Below are positions 12,711-24,910 of a stretch of DNA of 64,000 bases, piece by piece. Made by a program: the position numbers and the translations under genes. The DNA is from Macrostomum lignano (lineage: Eukaryota). Each line of letters starts with the position of its first letter. Positions within the stretch are counted from its first letter, which is position 1. The notes beneath the pieces were generated by a model. It was not told the origin of the DNA and did no database searches. It saw nothing but the letters and a program-made list of their open reading frames with translations. The DNA is taken from NCBI GenBank assembly GCA_002269645.1, contig NIVC01000223.1, forward strand, positions 1-64,000. Reading direction: 5' to 3'.

Positions 12711-13639
12711 AGTCTGGGAATTGATGCGGCACTGCACAATCCAGTCAGTCATTGCACTGTTTCAAATGCAGTGTTAAGTTCTGTGCAAGTCTCTTCAGTT
12801 TTCATGTGGATCTAATTAAATTTTCTCCATAAGCAATCCTTGCCTTCTCCTTTCTCCCCCTTTATCAGAAGAAATTAGCACATTCAATTAACGCAATAGC
12901 CAATAATATTGATAGTTGCTACTAAATTACTTGTGCAACAAGTTTACTAACTACTGATTTCTTAATTCTCATAAACAAAAATGCATTGGTTGAGTACTAA
13001 CTATAATTGTAGCTTATACAATACAATAATAAACAGAGATTGTCGCCTTCATGTATTGTGCATGGAGTATATACAGTAGACTCAAAATGACTCATTTAGA
13101 TTCAGGATGGCTTCTCTGAGTATAGCTTTGGGTTCAGTTTTATAGATTTTTCTCTTCTAACAATAATTTTCTCAATCCTTGGTGCCCGCTTGCACTCGCA
13201 AAGTCGCCAGTTGTTTCTGGCCTCTAATACGATATAGAAGAGTTCATTCATTCATGAGAAGGCATTGAACAACTCTGCAACTCAGAGAGAAAGATGGAGA
13301 TGTGGCAGGAGAGGCTGGCGGTGTATTTAAGTTTTTTTGAGAGGCACTCCCTGCTTCTGCTTGCCTGGCGTGTTTCGCTGGCGGAGGCATTTTCAAGAAA
13401 AAAGTTCCCCACGGCCGCGGACCATGCAAGCAGTTGGGATTCTGGAAGCTCTTGTGGGGGATAGATTTTTTCTCTGTAGGAAACAGAACTGACTGCTTTT
13501 CCGTGTATTTCAGCTTGGTTTACCTTGTCTAGTGAGTAGCTGGGTCCCCCCAAACTACTCAGTATTTTGCAAATGGTTTTAGCTCTGAAATAGTTTGAGC
13601 CAGTGCTTGTTGGTTTTGACAGATGGTCAATTTTTATAA

Positions 13640-14492
13640 GTTAGGACTACGGAGTGCCTGTTTAGTTTATGGGACGCCACTTTAGTCGAAAAAGCGCCAG
13701 TTTATGCTTCGGGGCGCCATCTTAGGTTACGAGGCGCCAGTTTAGGCTACGGGACGCCATTTTAGGTTACGAGGCGCCAGTTTAGGCTACGGGGCGCCAG
13801 TTTAGGCTACGGGGCGCCAGTTTAGGCTACGGGGCGCCAGTTTAGACTACGGGGCGCCAGTTTAGGCTACGGGGCGCCAGTTTAGGCTACGGGGCGCCAG
13901 TTTAGGCTACGGGGCGCCAGTTTAGGCTACGGGGCGCCAGTTTAGTCTAAAAAGCGCCAGTTTAGTCTACGGGGCCAGTTAAGGCTACATGGCGCCAGTT
14001 TAGGCTACGGAGCGCCAGTTTAGGCTACGGGGCGCCAGTTTAGGCTACAGGGCGCCAGTTTATGCTTCGGGGCGCCATCTTAGGTTACGAGGCGCCAGTT
14101 TAGGCTACGGGGCGCCAGTTTAGGCTACGGGGCGCCAGTTTAGACTACGGGGCGCCAGTTTAGGCTACGGGGCGCCAGTTTAGGCTACGGGGCGCCAGTT
14201 TAGACTACGGGGCGCCAGTTTAGGCTACGGGGCGCCAGTTTAGGCTACGGGGCGCCAGTTTAGGCTACGGGGCGCCAGTTTAGGCTACGGGGCGCCAGTT
14301 TAGGCTACGGGGCGCCAGTTTAGGCTACGGGGCGCCAGTTTAGGCTACGGGGCGCCAGTTTATGCTTCGGAGCGCCATGTTAGGTTACGGGGCGCCAGTT
14401 TATGCTTCGGAGCGCCATGTTAGGTTACGGGGCGCCAGTTTATGCTTCGGAGCGCCATGTTAGGTTACGGGGCGCCAGTTTATGCTTCGGGG
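13640..14492. repeat. Same 20-bp minisatellite family (repeated at ~18512-19344 in duplication copy 2)
   Basis: Same unit as 11406-12710. Confidence 0.95.
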
Positions 14493-16842
14493 TGCTAATA
14501 TTAAGCCAATATGAGGCCACACAATGCTAAAGTCGATATTAATACAGAGTAAATTTTGAAAATTAGTTTACTTGAACTAATAAGGCTTTCTCTTTATGAC
14601 CTCTAGCTGTGAAGTCTTAGCACAGCATGTGCTGATAAATGAAATGAATTAAAGCGGATTATCAACTTCTTTGTTGTTCGCAGGAAGTGAAAAAAACTTT
14701 CTATGAACCGCCAGAATCTTCTAAAACTTAATCAGATACGGCGAAAGTCAAATATCAGTGCTGCAATCGTCATTAAACCCAGCATTGTTCTCTAAAATCC
14801 AATTCAGTCAGCAAGGTTTACCTCGAGCTTTAAGCCTCTTGATTAAATTGGCCCAAAGTCTTAATGTGTGCCATAATAAATACGATATGAAGTTAGATTG
14901 AAATCTTTTTAATCGCCTTACCTCCTTGCCATTCAGCGGAGATGGAATCGGGTCAGAGCTTTGGGAAGATCGGGGAGGTGGAGTTTTCGAGTTCGAGTCG
15001 TTTAAGATACGAACTTTGAATGAACCTTTTTTCAAGTTCGACTTCTCACTTTAACTTTTGGCACATTTAGCCAGAGATTGGTCTATTCTATCAAACTGTT
15101 GCTGGGTCCATTAAACCGTTTGACTGGATATGGAACGGGGAACTCTAGTTACAAAGTTGGTTAGCAAGTTTAGAAATTGGTCATACATCAACCAGAGGCC
15201 ATGGTTTTAGCGCGTCTACCAACATTTCCATGCTGTAGTGTGTTGAAGGTGCGAAACAATCTCCATTTGTTCTATAACTTTCCAAGGTAGTTCTCCCTCT
15301 ATACTATTGCGCAACTCTGTGTGGGACTCCGACAACAATGAGAATTAGGGAGTGAAAATTCGCACCTGGTGGGAACTCGCAGTGCGTGCCCTTACAGGCC
15401 ATGGGTATTAATCCTTACCCGAAGGTTTGACATTTCCAAAATTTTCGATTTTCATTCATTCCACAGGTGGTGGCTACGAGGGCGTATGTACAAGCAAAAC
15501 ACTGATTTCAACCCAATTGTATCCGTATTTATGTGTTGAATAGAAATTTTCTAAATGCCAAAGTTCTCAGGTGTCAATGATATGGCAACATTGCATCAAG
15601 TTGAAAATTGAATAGAAAACCTTCATTTCAACATCGATATTCGGCTGTGATGATGCAATAATTAGGCATGGATGTTAGTGTTAGTAAATCCTTTGACAAG
15701 CAATCTTTATCAATACAATATGCGCAATGCAATTCTTGGCATGGGTACAATCAGAAAGTCATAATCCTATGATTGCTCCGACATCTCAAAAATTGTTAGA
15801 AGAGAGAGATGGAGCCACACGAGCAATGATGCAGCTTTGGGCGCGTGGCCACAGAATCTTCACTGCCATGTTTTAGGGCAGCTGGGGTCAGTCAGATGCT
15901 GCACGCGACACAATTAACTTGGGGATTATTTTTGGTAAAAGAATGCAACAGGCGGATCTGCAATTCGCGTCTTGTGGGATCTCGAACAAGCATCCTCATG
16001 GGGGGATCACAGAAGAAGAAATTTGAAATTATCTTGGAGTGGAAGTTTGCTCCAAATTCATCGGAAGTACGTCTTCAAAGCCGGAGAGAAGCAATCAAGT
16101 GCTGAGTTGAGTTTGTAATGTTCTGTACGGACACATCGCGTTTAAATAGCATCATCTATTGGAGTCCGAATGCATATAGGTTTCGACTCAGAAATGATAT
16201 TATTAGACATTCTAGAAGAAGTATATGATACTTTTTTACGCACTCAATCGAAATTCACACCCCTGCTGTAACGTAGTCTTGTGGACTTGCTTAGTTGTAA
16301 AACAGTCGTACTTCACGCAGACAGGAACACTGAAGAATCATGTATAACTAACTGGCTGATTGATTGACAAGGACTCACGCCTACATAACAGATGGCCTAT
16401 ATCGTTGAGAGATCAGCACTAAAGAGCTATTTTATACTGCAAACAACTCACATTTTAGTTCCGTTAGTTATACACCTTTCCTATCTCAATGGACTATATT
16501 ACGAGCAATGGAATAGTGGCTGCTTTTTCTGTTTAGTTAATAGTTTCCACTTTAGCTCCTGCTGAAACTAGCGTGTATGCTTATACGACAAGAATTGGGA
16601 ACGATTTGGGAACAGCGAAAAAAATTAATTTATTGCTTGTAAAATAGAGCTAAGCTAGCACAGGTTCGAGAATTGAGCTATAAATAGTGGAGCTGGGATG
16701 ATTTAGAACCTTCTGCTGATAGTTACTGAACTGAAGAGAAAGTGAGTTAAAAGCAACAATGTTTTAGTGGGAAAGTGTATAGAAAAAATCTATACGCTCG
16801 TAGCTTTGTGGTGGCAATAAATCATCATCGATATTTTGACAG

Positions 16843-17740
16843 AGTAGATGAGCTGGGAAACTGAATGGCCTATATTTGAGTAGATGAGCTGGGAAACTGA
16901 ATGGCCTATATTTGAGTAGATGAGCTGGGAAACTGAATGGCCTATATTTGAGTAGATGAGCTGGGGAACTGATGACATATTTGAGTAGATGAGCTGGGGA
17001 ACTGATGACCTATTTGTGTAGATGAGCTGGGGAACTGATGACCTATTTGAGTAGATGAGCTGGGAAACTGATGACCTATTTGAGTAGATGAGCTGGGAAA
17101 CTGATGACCTATTTGAGTAGATGAGCTGGGGAACTGAATGGCCTATATTTGAGTAGATGAGCTGGGAAACTGATGACCTATTTGTGTAGATGAGCTGGGA
17201 AACTGATGACCTATTTGAGTAGATGAGCTGGGAAACTGATGACCTATATTTTAGTAGATGAGCTGGGAAACTGATGACCTATTTGAGTAGATGAGCTGGG
17301 AAACTGATGACCTATTTGAGTAGATGAGCTGGGGAACTGATGACCTATTTGAGTAGATGAGCTGGGAAACTGATGACCTATATTTTAGTAGATGAGCTGG
17401 GAAACTGATGACCTATTTGAGTAGATGAGCTGGGAAACTGAATGGCCTATATTTTAGTAGATGAGCTGGGAAACTGATGACCTATTTGAGTAGATGAGCT
17501 GGGAAACTGATGACCTATATTTTAGTAGATGAGCTGGGAAACTGATGACCTATTTGAGTAGATGAGCTGGGAAACTGAATGGCCTATATTTGAGTAGATG
17601 AGCTGGGGAACTGATGACCTATATTTGAGAAGATGAGCTGGAGAACTGATGACCTATTTGAGTAGATGAGCTGGGGAACTGATGACCTATATTTGAGAAG
17701 ATGAGCTGGAGAACTGATGACCTATTTGAGTAGATGAGCT
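16843..17740. repeat. 33-36 bp minisatellite (GAGTAGATGAGCTGGGAAACTGATGACCTATTT)n (repeated at ~21696-22593)
   Basis: Direct reading. Confidence 0.95.
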
Positions 17741-18062
17741 TAGAATCGAAAAAAATAACTGGACCAATAACTGTAAAAAGAGCTGTAAAACTGAAGGCTA
17801 ACATAAAGGACAGTTATTACACATCTCTAAGTCACAGAAAACAGCTCTCATAGAAATTGCTTTCTAATATTTACCCCAAAATGCCCTCTCAAGAAAGTCG
17901 CATACAGACCTACAACACACACACGCACGCAAATGATTGGTTTATGGGAGCAGAACCGACCTCCAGGCCAAACTGATACAAACGGATATTCAAGATCCGA
18001 CGTGCAGCATAGACAACACGTTGACACATTCACAGGGAAAATTATTCAGGGGAGTCATACAT

Positions 18063-18068
<6 letters not shown>

Positions 18069-18110
<42 letters not shown>
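18069..18110. repeat. (AG)21 microsatellite (same length at 22922-22963)
   Basis: Direct reading. Confidence 0.95.
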
Positions 18111-18112
<2 letters not shown>

Positions 18113-18431
18113 GAGAAAGGAAAAGTCACAGTTTGCAGACCGCCAAAACCACCGTCACCACAGTGCAGTGTCTGGCAACCATGACATGTAGCGCAGTATG
18201 AAGGAGGGTCGCATAATGTTCTTGCGGATTGCTCTTGCTCATGCCCATCTCCATATATTTCCATATTCTCCTTGCTGTCTTTTCGACAACCAGCGAAACA
18301 CTTACAAAATGGAGAGAGAGAGAGAAGGAGATAGCTACTTTTCGATGCGTTTATTGTATATGTATCGAACCAATATCAGCTTTCAAGCAGTGCTGGGCCT
18401 CTACCATATTGCAACTCCCACCCGCCATGCT

Positions 18432-21400
18432 CAGTATTTTGCAAATGGTTTTAGCTCTGAAATAGTTTGAGCCAGTGCTTGTTGGTTTTGACAGATGGTC
18501 AATTTTTATAAGTTAGGACTACGGAGTGCCTGTTTAGTTTATGGGACGCCACTTTAGTCGAAAAAGCGCCAGTTTATGCTTCGGGGCGCCATCTTAGGTT
18601 ACGAGGCGCCAGTTTAGGCTACGGGACGCCATTTTAGGTTACGAGGCGCCAGTTTAGGCTACGGGGCGCCAGTTTAGGCTACGGGGCGCCAGTTTAGGCT
18701 ACGGGGCGCCAGTTTAGACTACGGGGCGCCAGTTTAGGCTACGGGGCGCCAGTTTAGGCTACGGGGCGCCAGTTTAGGCTACGGGGCGCCAGTTTAGGCT
18801 ACGGGGCGCCAGTTTAGTCTAAAAAGCGCCAGTTTAGTCTACGGGGCCAGTTAAGGCTACATGGCGCCAGTTTAGGCTACGGAGCGCCAGTTTAGGCTAC
18901 GGGGCGCCAGTTTAGGCTACAGGGCGCCAGTTTATGCTTCGGGGCGCCATCTTAGGTTACGAGGCGCCAGTTTAGGCTACGGGGCGCCAGTTTAGGCTAC
19001 GGGGCGCCAGTTTAGACTACGGGGCGCCAGTTTAGGCTACGGGGCGCCAGTTTAGGCTACGGGGCGCCAGTTTAGACTACGGGGCGCCAGTTTAGGCTAC
19101 GGGGCGCCAGTTTAGGCTACGGGGCGCCAGTTTAGGCTACGGGGCGCCAGTTTAGGCTACGGGGCGCCAGTTTAGGCTACGGGGCGCCAGTTTAGGCTAC
19201 GGGGCGCCAGTTTATGCTTCGGAGCGCCATGTTAGGTTACGGGGCGCCAGTTTATGCTTCGGAGCGCCATGTTAGGTTACGGGGCGCCAGTTTATGCTTC
19301 GGAGCGCCATGTTAGGTTACGGGGCGCCAGTTTATGCTTCGGGGTGCTAATATTAAGCCAATATGAGGCCACACAATGCTAAAGTCGATATTAATACAGA
19401 GTAAATTTTGAAAATTAGTTTACTTGAACTAATAAGGCTTTCTCTTTATGACCTCTAGCTGTGAAGTCTTAGCACAGCATGTGCTGATAAATGAAATGAA
19501 TTAAAGCGGATTATCAACTTCTTTGTTGTTCGCAGGAAGTGAAAAAAACTTTCTATGAACCGCCAGAATCTTCTAAAACTTAATCAGATACGGCGAAAGT
19601 CAAATATCAGTGCTGCAATCGTCATTAAACCCAGCATTGTTCTCTAAAATCCAATTCAGTCAGCAAGGTTTACCTCGAGCTTTAAGCCTCTTGATTAAAT
19701 TGGCCCAAAGTCTTAATGTGTGCCATAATAAATACGATATGAAGTTAGATTGAAATCTTTTTAATCGCCTTACCTCCTTGCCATTCAGCGGAGATGGAAT
19801 CGGGTCAGAGCTTTGGGAAGATCGGGGAGGTGGAGTTTTCGAGTTCGAGTCGTTTAAGATACGAACTTTGAATGAACCTTTTTTCAAGTTCGACTTCTCA
19901 CTTTAACTTTTGGCACATTTAGCCAGAGATTGGTCTATTCTATCAAACTGTTGCTGGGTCCATTAAACCGTTTGACTGGATATGGAACGGGGAACTCTAG
20001 TTACAAAGTTGGTTAGCAAGTTTAGAAATTGGTCATACATCAACCAGAGGCCATGGTTTTAGCGCGTCTACCAACATTTCCATGCTGTAGTGTGTTGAAG
20101 GTGCGAAACAATCTCCATTTGTTCTATAACTTTCCAAGGTAGTTCTCCCTCTATACTATTGCGCAACTCTGTGTGGGACTCCGACAACAATGAGAATTAG
20201 GGAGTGAAAATTCGCACCTGGTGGGAACTCGCAGTGCGTGCCCTTACAGGCCATGGGTATTAATCCTTACCCCGAAGGTTTGACATTTCCAAAATTTTCG
20301 ATTTTCATTCATTCCACAGGTGGTGGCTACGAGGGCGTATGTACAAGCAAAACACTGATTTCAACCCAATTGTATCCGTATTTATGTGTTGAATAGAAAT
20401 TTTCTAAATGCCAAAGTTCTCAGGTGTCAATGATATGGCAACATTGCATCAAGTTGAAAATTGAATAGAAAACCTTCATTTCAACATCGATATTCGGCTG
20501 TGATGATGCAATAATTAGGCATGGATGTTAGTGTTAGTAAATCCTTTGACAAGCAATCTTTATCAATACAATATGCGCAATGCAATTCTTGGCATGGGTA
20601 CAATCAGAAAGTCATAATCCTATGATTGCTCCGACATCTCAAAAATTGTTAGAAGAGAGAGATGGAGCCACACGAGCAATGATGCAGCTTTGGGCGCGTG
20701 GCCACAGAATCTTCACTGCCATGTTTTAGGGCAGCTGGGGTCAGTCAGATGCTGCACGCGACACAATTAACTTGGGGATTATTTTTGGTAAAAGAATGCA
20801 ACAGGCGGATCTGCAATTCGCGTCTTGTGGGATCTCGAACAAGCATCCTCATGGGGGGATCACAGAAGAAGAAATTTGAAATTATCTTGGAGTGGAAGTT
20901 TGCTCCAAATTCATCGGAAGTACGTCTTCAAAGCCGGAGAGAAGCAATCAAGTGCTGAGTTGAGTTTGTAATGTTCTGTACGGACACATCGCGTTTAAAT
21001 AGCATCATCTATTGGAGTCCGAATGCATATAGGTTTCGACTCAGAAATGATATTATTAGACATTCTAGAAGAAGTATATGATACTTTTTTACGCACTCAA
21101 TCGAAATTCACACCCCTGCTGTAACGTAGTCTTGTGGACTTGCTTAGTTGTAAAACAGTCGTACTTCACGCAGACAGGAACACTGAAGAATCATGTATAA
21201 CTAACTGGCTGATTGATTGACAAGGACTCACGCCTACATAACAGATGGCCTATATCGTTGAGAGATCAGCACTAAAGAGCTATTTTATACTGCAAACAAC
21301 TCACATTTTAGTTCCGTTAGTTATACACCTTTCCTATCTCAATGGACTATATTACGAGCAATGGAATAGTGGCTGCTTTTTCTGTTTAGTTAATAGTTTC

Positions 21401-22915
21401 CACTTTAGCTCCTGCTGAAACTAGCGTGTATGCTTATACGACAAGAATTGGGAACGATTTGGGAACAGCGAAAAAAATTAATTTATTGCTTGTAAAATAG
21501 AGCTAAGCTAGCACAGGTTCGAGAATTGAGCTATAAATAGTGGAGCTGGGATGATTTAGAACCTTCTGCTGATAGTTACTGAACTGAAGAGAAAGTGAGT
21601 TAAAAGCAACAATGTTTTAGTGGGAAAGTGTATAGAAAAAATCTATACGCTCGTAGCTTTGTGGTGGCAATAAATCATCATCGATATTTTGACAGAGTAG
21701 ATGAGCTGGGAAACTGAATGGCCTATATTTGAGTAGATGAGCTGGGAAACTGAATGGCCTATATTTGAGTAGATGAGCTGGGAAACTGAATGGCCTATAT
21801 TTGAGTAGATGAGCTGGGGAACTGATGACATATTTGAGTAGATGAGCTGGGGAACTGATGACCTATTTGTGTAGATGAGCTGGGGAACTGATGACCTATT
21901 TGAGTAGATGAGCTGGGAAACTGATGACCTATTTGAGTAGATGAGCTGGGAAACTGATGACCTATTTGAGTAGATGAGCTGGGGAACTGAATGGCCTATA
22001 TTTGAGTAGATGAGCTGGGAAACTGATGACCTATTTGTGTAGATGAGCTGGGAAACTGATGACCTATTTGAGTAGATGAGCTGGGAAACTGATGACCTAT
22101 ATTTTAGTAGATGAGCTGGGAAACTGATGACCTATTTGAGTAGATGAGCTGGGAAACTGATGACCTATTTGAGTAGATGAGCTGGGGAACTGATGACCTA
22201 TTTGAGTAGATGAGCTGGGAAACTGATGACCTATATTTTAGTAGATGAGCTGGGAAACTGATGACCTATTTGAGTAGATGAGCTGGGAAACTGAATGGCC
22301 TATATTTTAGTAGATGAGCTGGGAAACTGATGACCTATTTGAGTAGATGAGCTGGGAAACTGATGACCTATATTTTAGTAGATGAGCTGGGAAACTGATG
22401 ACCTATTTGAGTAGATGAGCTGGGAAACTGAATGGCCTATATTTGAGTAGATGAGCTGGGGAACTGATGACCTATATTTGAGAAGATGAGCTGGAGAACT
22501 GATGACCTATTTGAGTAGATGAGCTGGGGAACTGATGACCTATATTTGAGAAGATGAGCTGGAGAACTGATGACCTATTTGAGTAGATGAGCTTAGAATC
22601 GAAAAAAATAACTGGACCAATAACTGTAAAAAGAGCTGTAAAACTGAAGGCTAACATAAAGGACAGTTATTACACATCTCTAAGTCACAGAAAACAGCTC
22701 TCATAGAAATTGCTTTCTAATATTTACCCCAAAATGCCCTCTCAAGAAAGTCGCATACAGACCTACAACACACACACGCACGCAAATGATTGGTTTATGG
22801 GAGCAGAACCGACCTCCAGGCCAAACTGATACAAACGGATATTCAAGATCCGACGTGCAGCATAGACAACACGTTGACACATTCACAGGGAAAATTATTC
22901 AGGGGAGTCATACAT

Positions 22916-22965
<50 letters not shown>

Positions 22966-23284
22966 GAGAAAGGAAAAGTCACAGTTTGCAGACCGCCAAA
23001 ACCACCGTCACCACAGTGCAGTGTCTGGCAACCATGACATGTAGCGCAGTATGAAGGAGGGTCGCATAATGTTCTTGCGGATTGCTCTTGCTCATGCCCA
23101 TCTCCATATATTTCCATATTCTCCTTGCTGTCTTTTCGACAACCAGCGAAACACTTACAAAATGGAGAGAGAGAGAGAAGGAGATAGCTACTTTTCGATG
23201 CGTTTATTGTATATGTATCGAACCAATATCAGCTTTCAAGCAGTGCTGGGCCTCTACCATATTGCAACTCCCACCCGCCATGCT
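18432..23284. repeat. Tandem segmental duplication, copy 2 (4853 bp)
   Basis: Visible differences from copy 1: net loss of one 20-bp unit and one extra C (ttacccc vs ttaccc). Confidence 0.95.
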
Positions 23285-24024
23285 TGAAGCAGCAACTGTA
23301 TGCTGCAGCAACCAAGACTAGCAAAGAGTTGAAGAACACACATATATCGAATTCCTGTGTGTGTGTGCCATGTGCATGTGATGTCTGGATGATGGCAGTA
23401 ATGCCTGCTTGCACAACCCAAAGCGTTGAAAGCATGCAGCAAAATGGCGAAGGATAGCGAGAAAGAACAGACTGACTAACTGTAGAATTAGGGCATCATT
23501 ATTCAAGTTGGAGAGGTCGTCAAGAAGAGAATAAAATAACAGCATTTGGGAGACAAAAAAAGTGGGTCTGTTATGCAAAGAGCAAACATTCAAGCTTCGC
23601 TGCTTCTGCGGTAGCTGCATATAGGACTTTCCGGTACTAAAGTCTTTCACAGCTAGAGGAAACTGGAGAATAGCGAAAGTTGCTGGCTGCAGCAATGCTT
23701 CATCGCTAAACACACTGAATTTACTGAATAACAGTGCAGTGATGACAATTTTTCATCGCGAATTCAATTTCTTGACATATAATCCATTCTGTGTTGATTA
23801 TGATGACTCTCTGTGTGCCAGATTTGAGTTTTCGCCCTTCTCCGAATGCAAACCCTTAATCTTTTCTCTCGGCTCCCCGTTGATTCTTATCAATTTCCTG
23901 TCTCGGTAGTCTCTTACCTGTGTAGTTGCCGAATCTTTGTATGCACTCTCCGACCTCTCATTATATATTGTGTCACATGCATTTACTTCAACAGAGATTC
24001 TTTCTGTACTTTTTTATTCTCCCT

Positions 24025-24910
24025 TTCGCTCTCAACTCTCACCGGTCCCTATACCCATTTCAGTCTCCCGCTCTTGCTCTCAACTCTCACTGTGTCTCAT
24101 ATCCATCTCAGTCTCCTGCTCTCGCTCTCAACTCTCACTGTGTCTCATATCCATCTCAGTCTCCTGCTCTCGCTCTTAACTCTCACTGTGTCTCATATCC
24201 ATCTCAGTCTCCTGCTCTCGCTCTCAACTCTCACTGGTCCCTACATCCATCTCAGTCTCCTGCTCTCGCTCTCAACTCTCACTGGTCCCTACATCTATCT
24301 CAGTCTCCTGCTCTCGCTCTCAACTCTCACTGTGTCTCATATCCATCTCAGTCTCCTGCTCTCGCTCTCAACTCTCACTGTGTCTCATATCCATCTCAGT
24401 CTCCTGCTCTCGCTCTCAACTCTCACTGTGTCTCATATCCATCTCAGTCTCCTGCTCTCGCTCTCAACTCTCACTGTGTCTCATATCCATCTCAGTCTCC
24501 TGCTCTCGCTCTCAACTCTCACTGGTCCCTACATCCATCTCAGTCTCCTGCTCTCGCTCTCAACTCTCACTGGTCCCTACATCTATCTCAGTCTCCTGCT
24601 CTCGCTCTCAACTCTCACTGTGTCTCATATCTATCTCAGTCTCCTGCTCTCGCTCTCAACTCTCACTGTGTCTCATATCCATCTCAGTCTCCTGCTCTCG
24701 CTCTCAACTCTCACTGTGTCTCATATCCATCTCAATCTCCTGCTCTCCCTCTCAACTCTCACTGTGTCTCATATCCATCTCAGTCTCCTGCTCTCCCTCT
24801 CAACTCTCACTGTGTCTCACATCCATCTCAGTCTCCTGCTCTCGCTCTCAACTCTCACTGGTCCCTATATCCGCCTCAATCTCGTGCTCTCGATCTCAAC
24901 TCTCAAACTC
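24025..24910. repeat. 48-bp minisatellite (CTCTCAACTCTCACTGTGTCTCATATCCATCTCAGTCTCCTGCTCTCG)n
   Basis: 16-aa periodicity in the ORF track. Confidence 0.95.

Larger units (their letters stand above)
13560..18431. repeat. Tandem segmental duplication, copy 1 (4872 bp)
   Basis: Near-identical to 18432-23284; ORF-track offsets of 4852 and 4853. Confidence 0.95.

Noticed and set aside
11406-14492. TTAGGC (nematode telomere hexamer) in the 20-bp unit
   Set aside because: One hexamer per 20-bp unit, not a tandem telomeric run.
15340-15420. ALTGHG, resembling the C-terminal motif of LINE ORF2
   Set aside because: Flanked by stops, with no following CCHC pattern or RT motifs found by eye.
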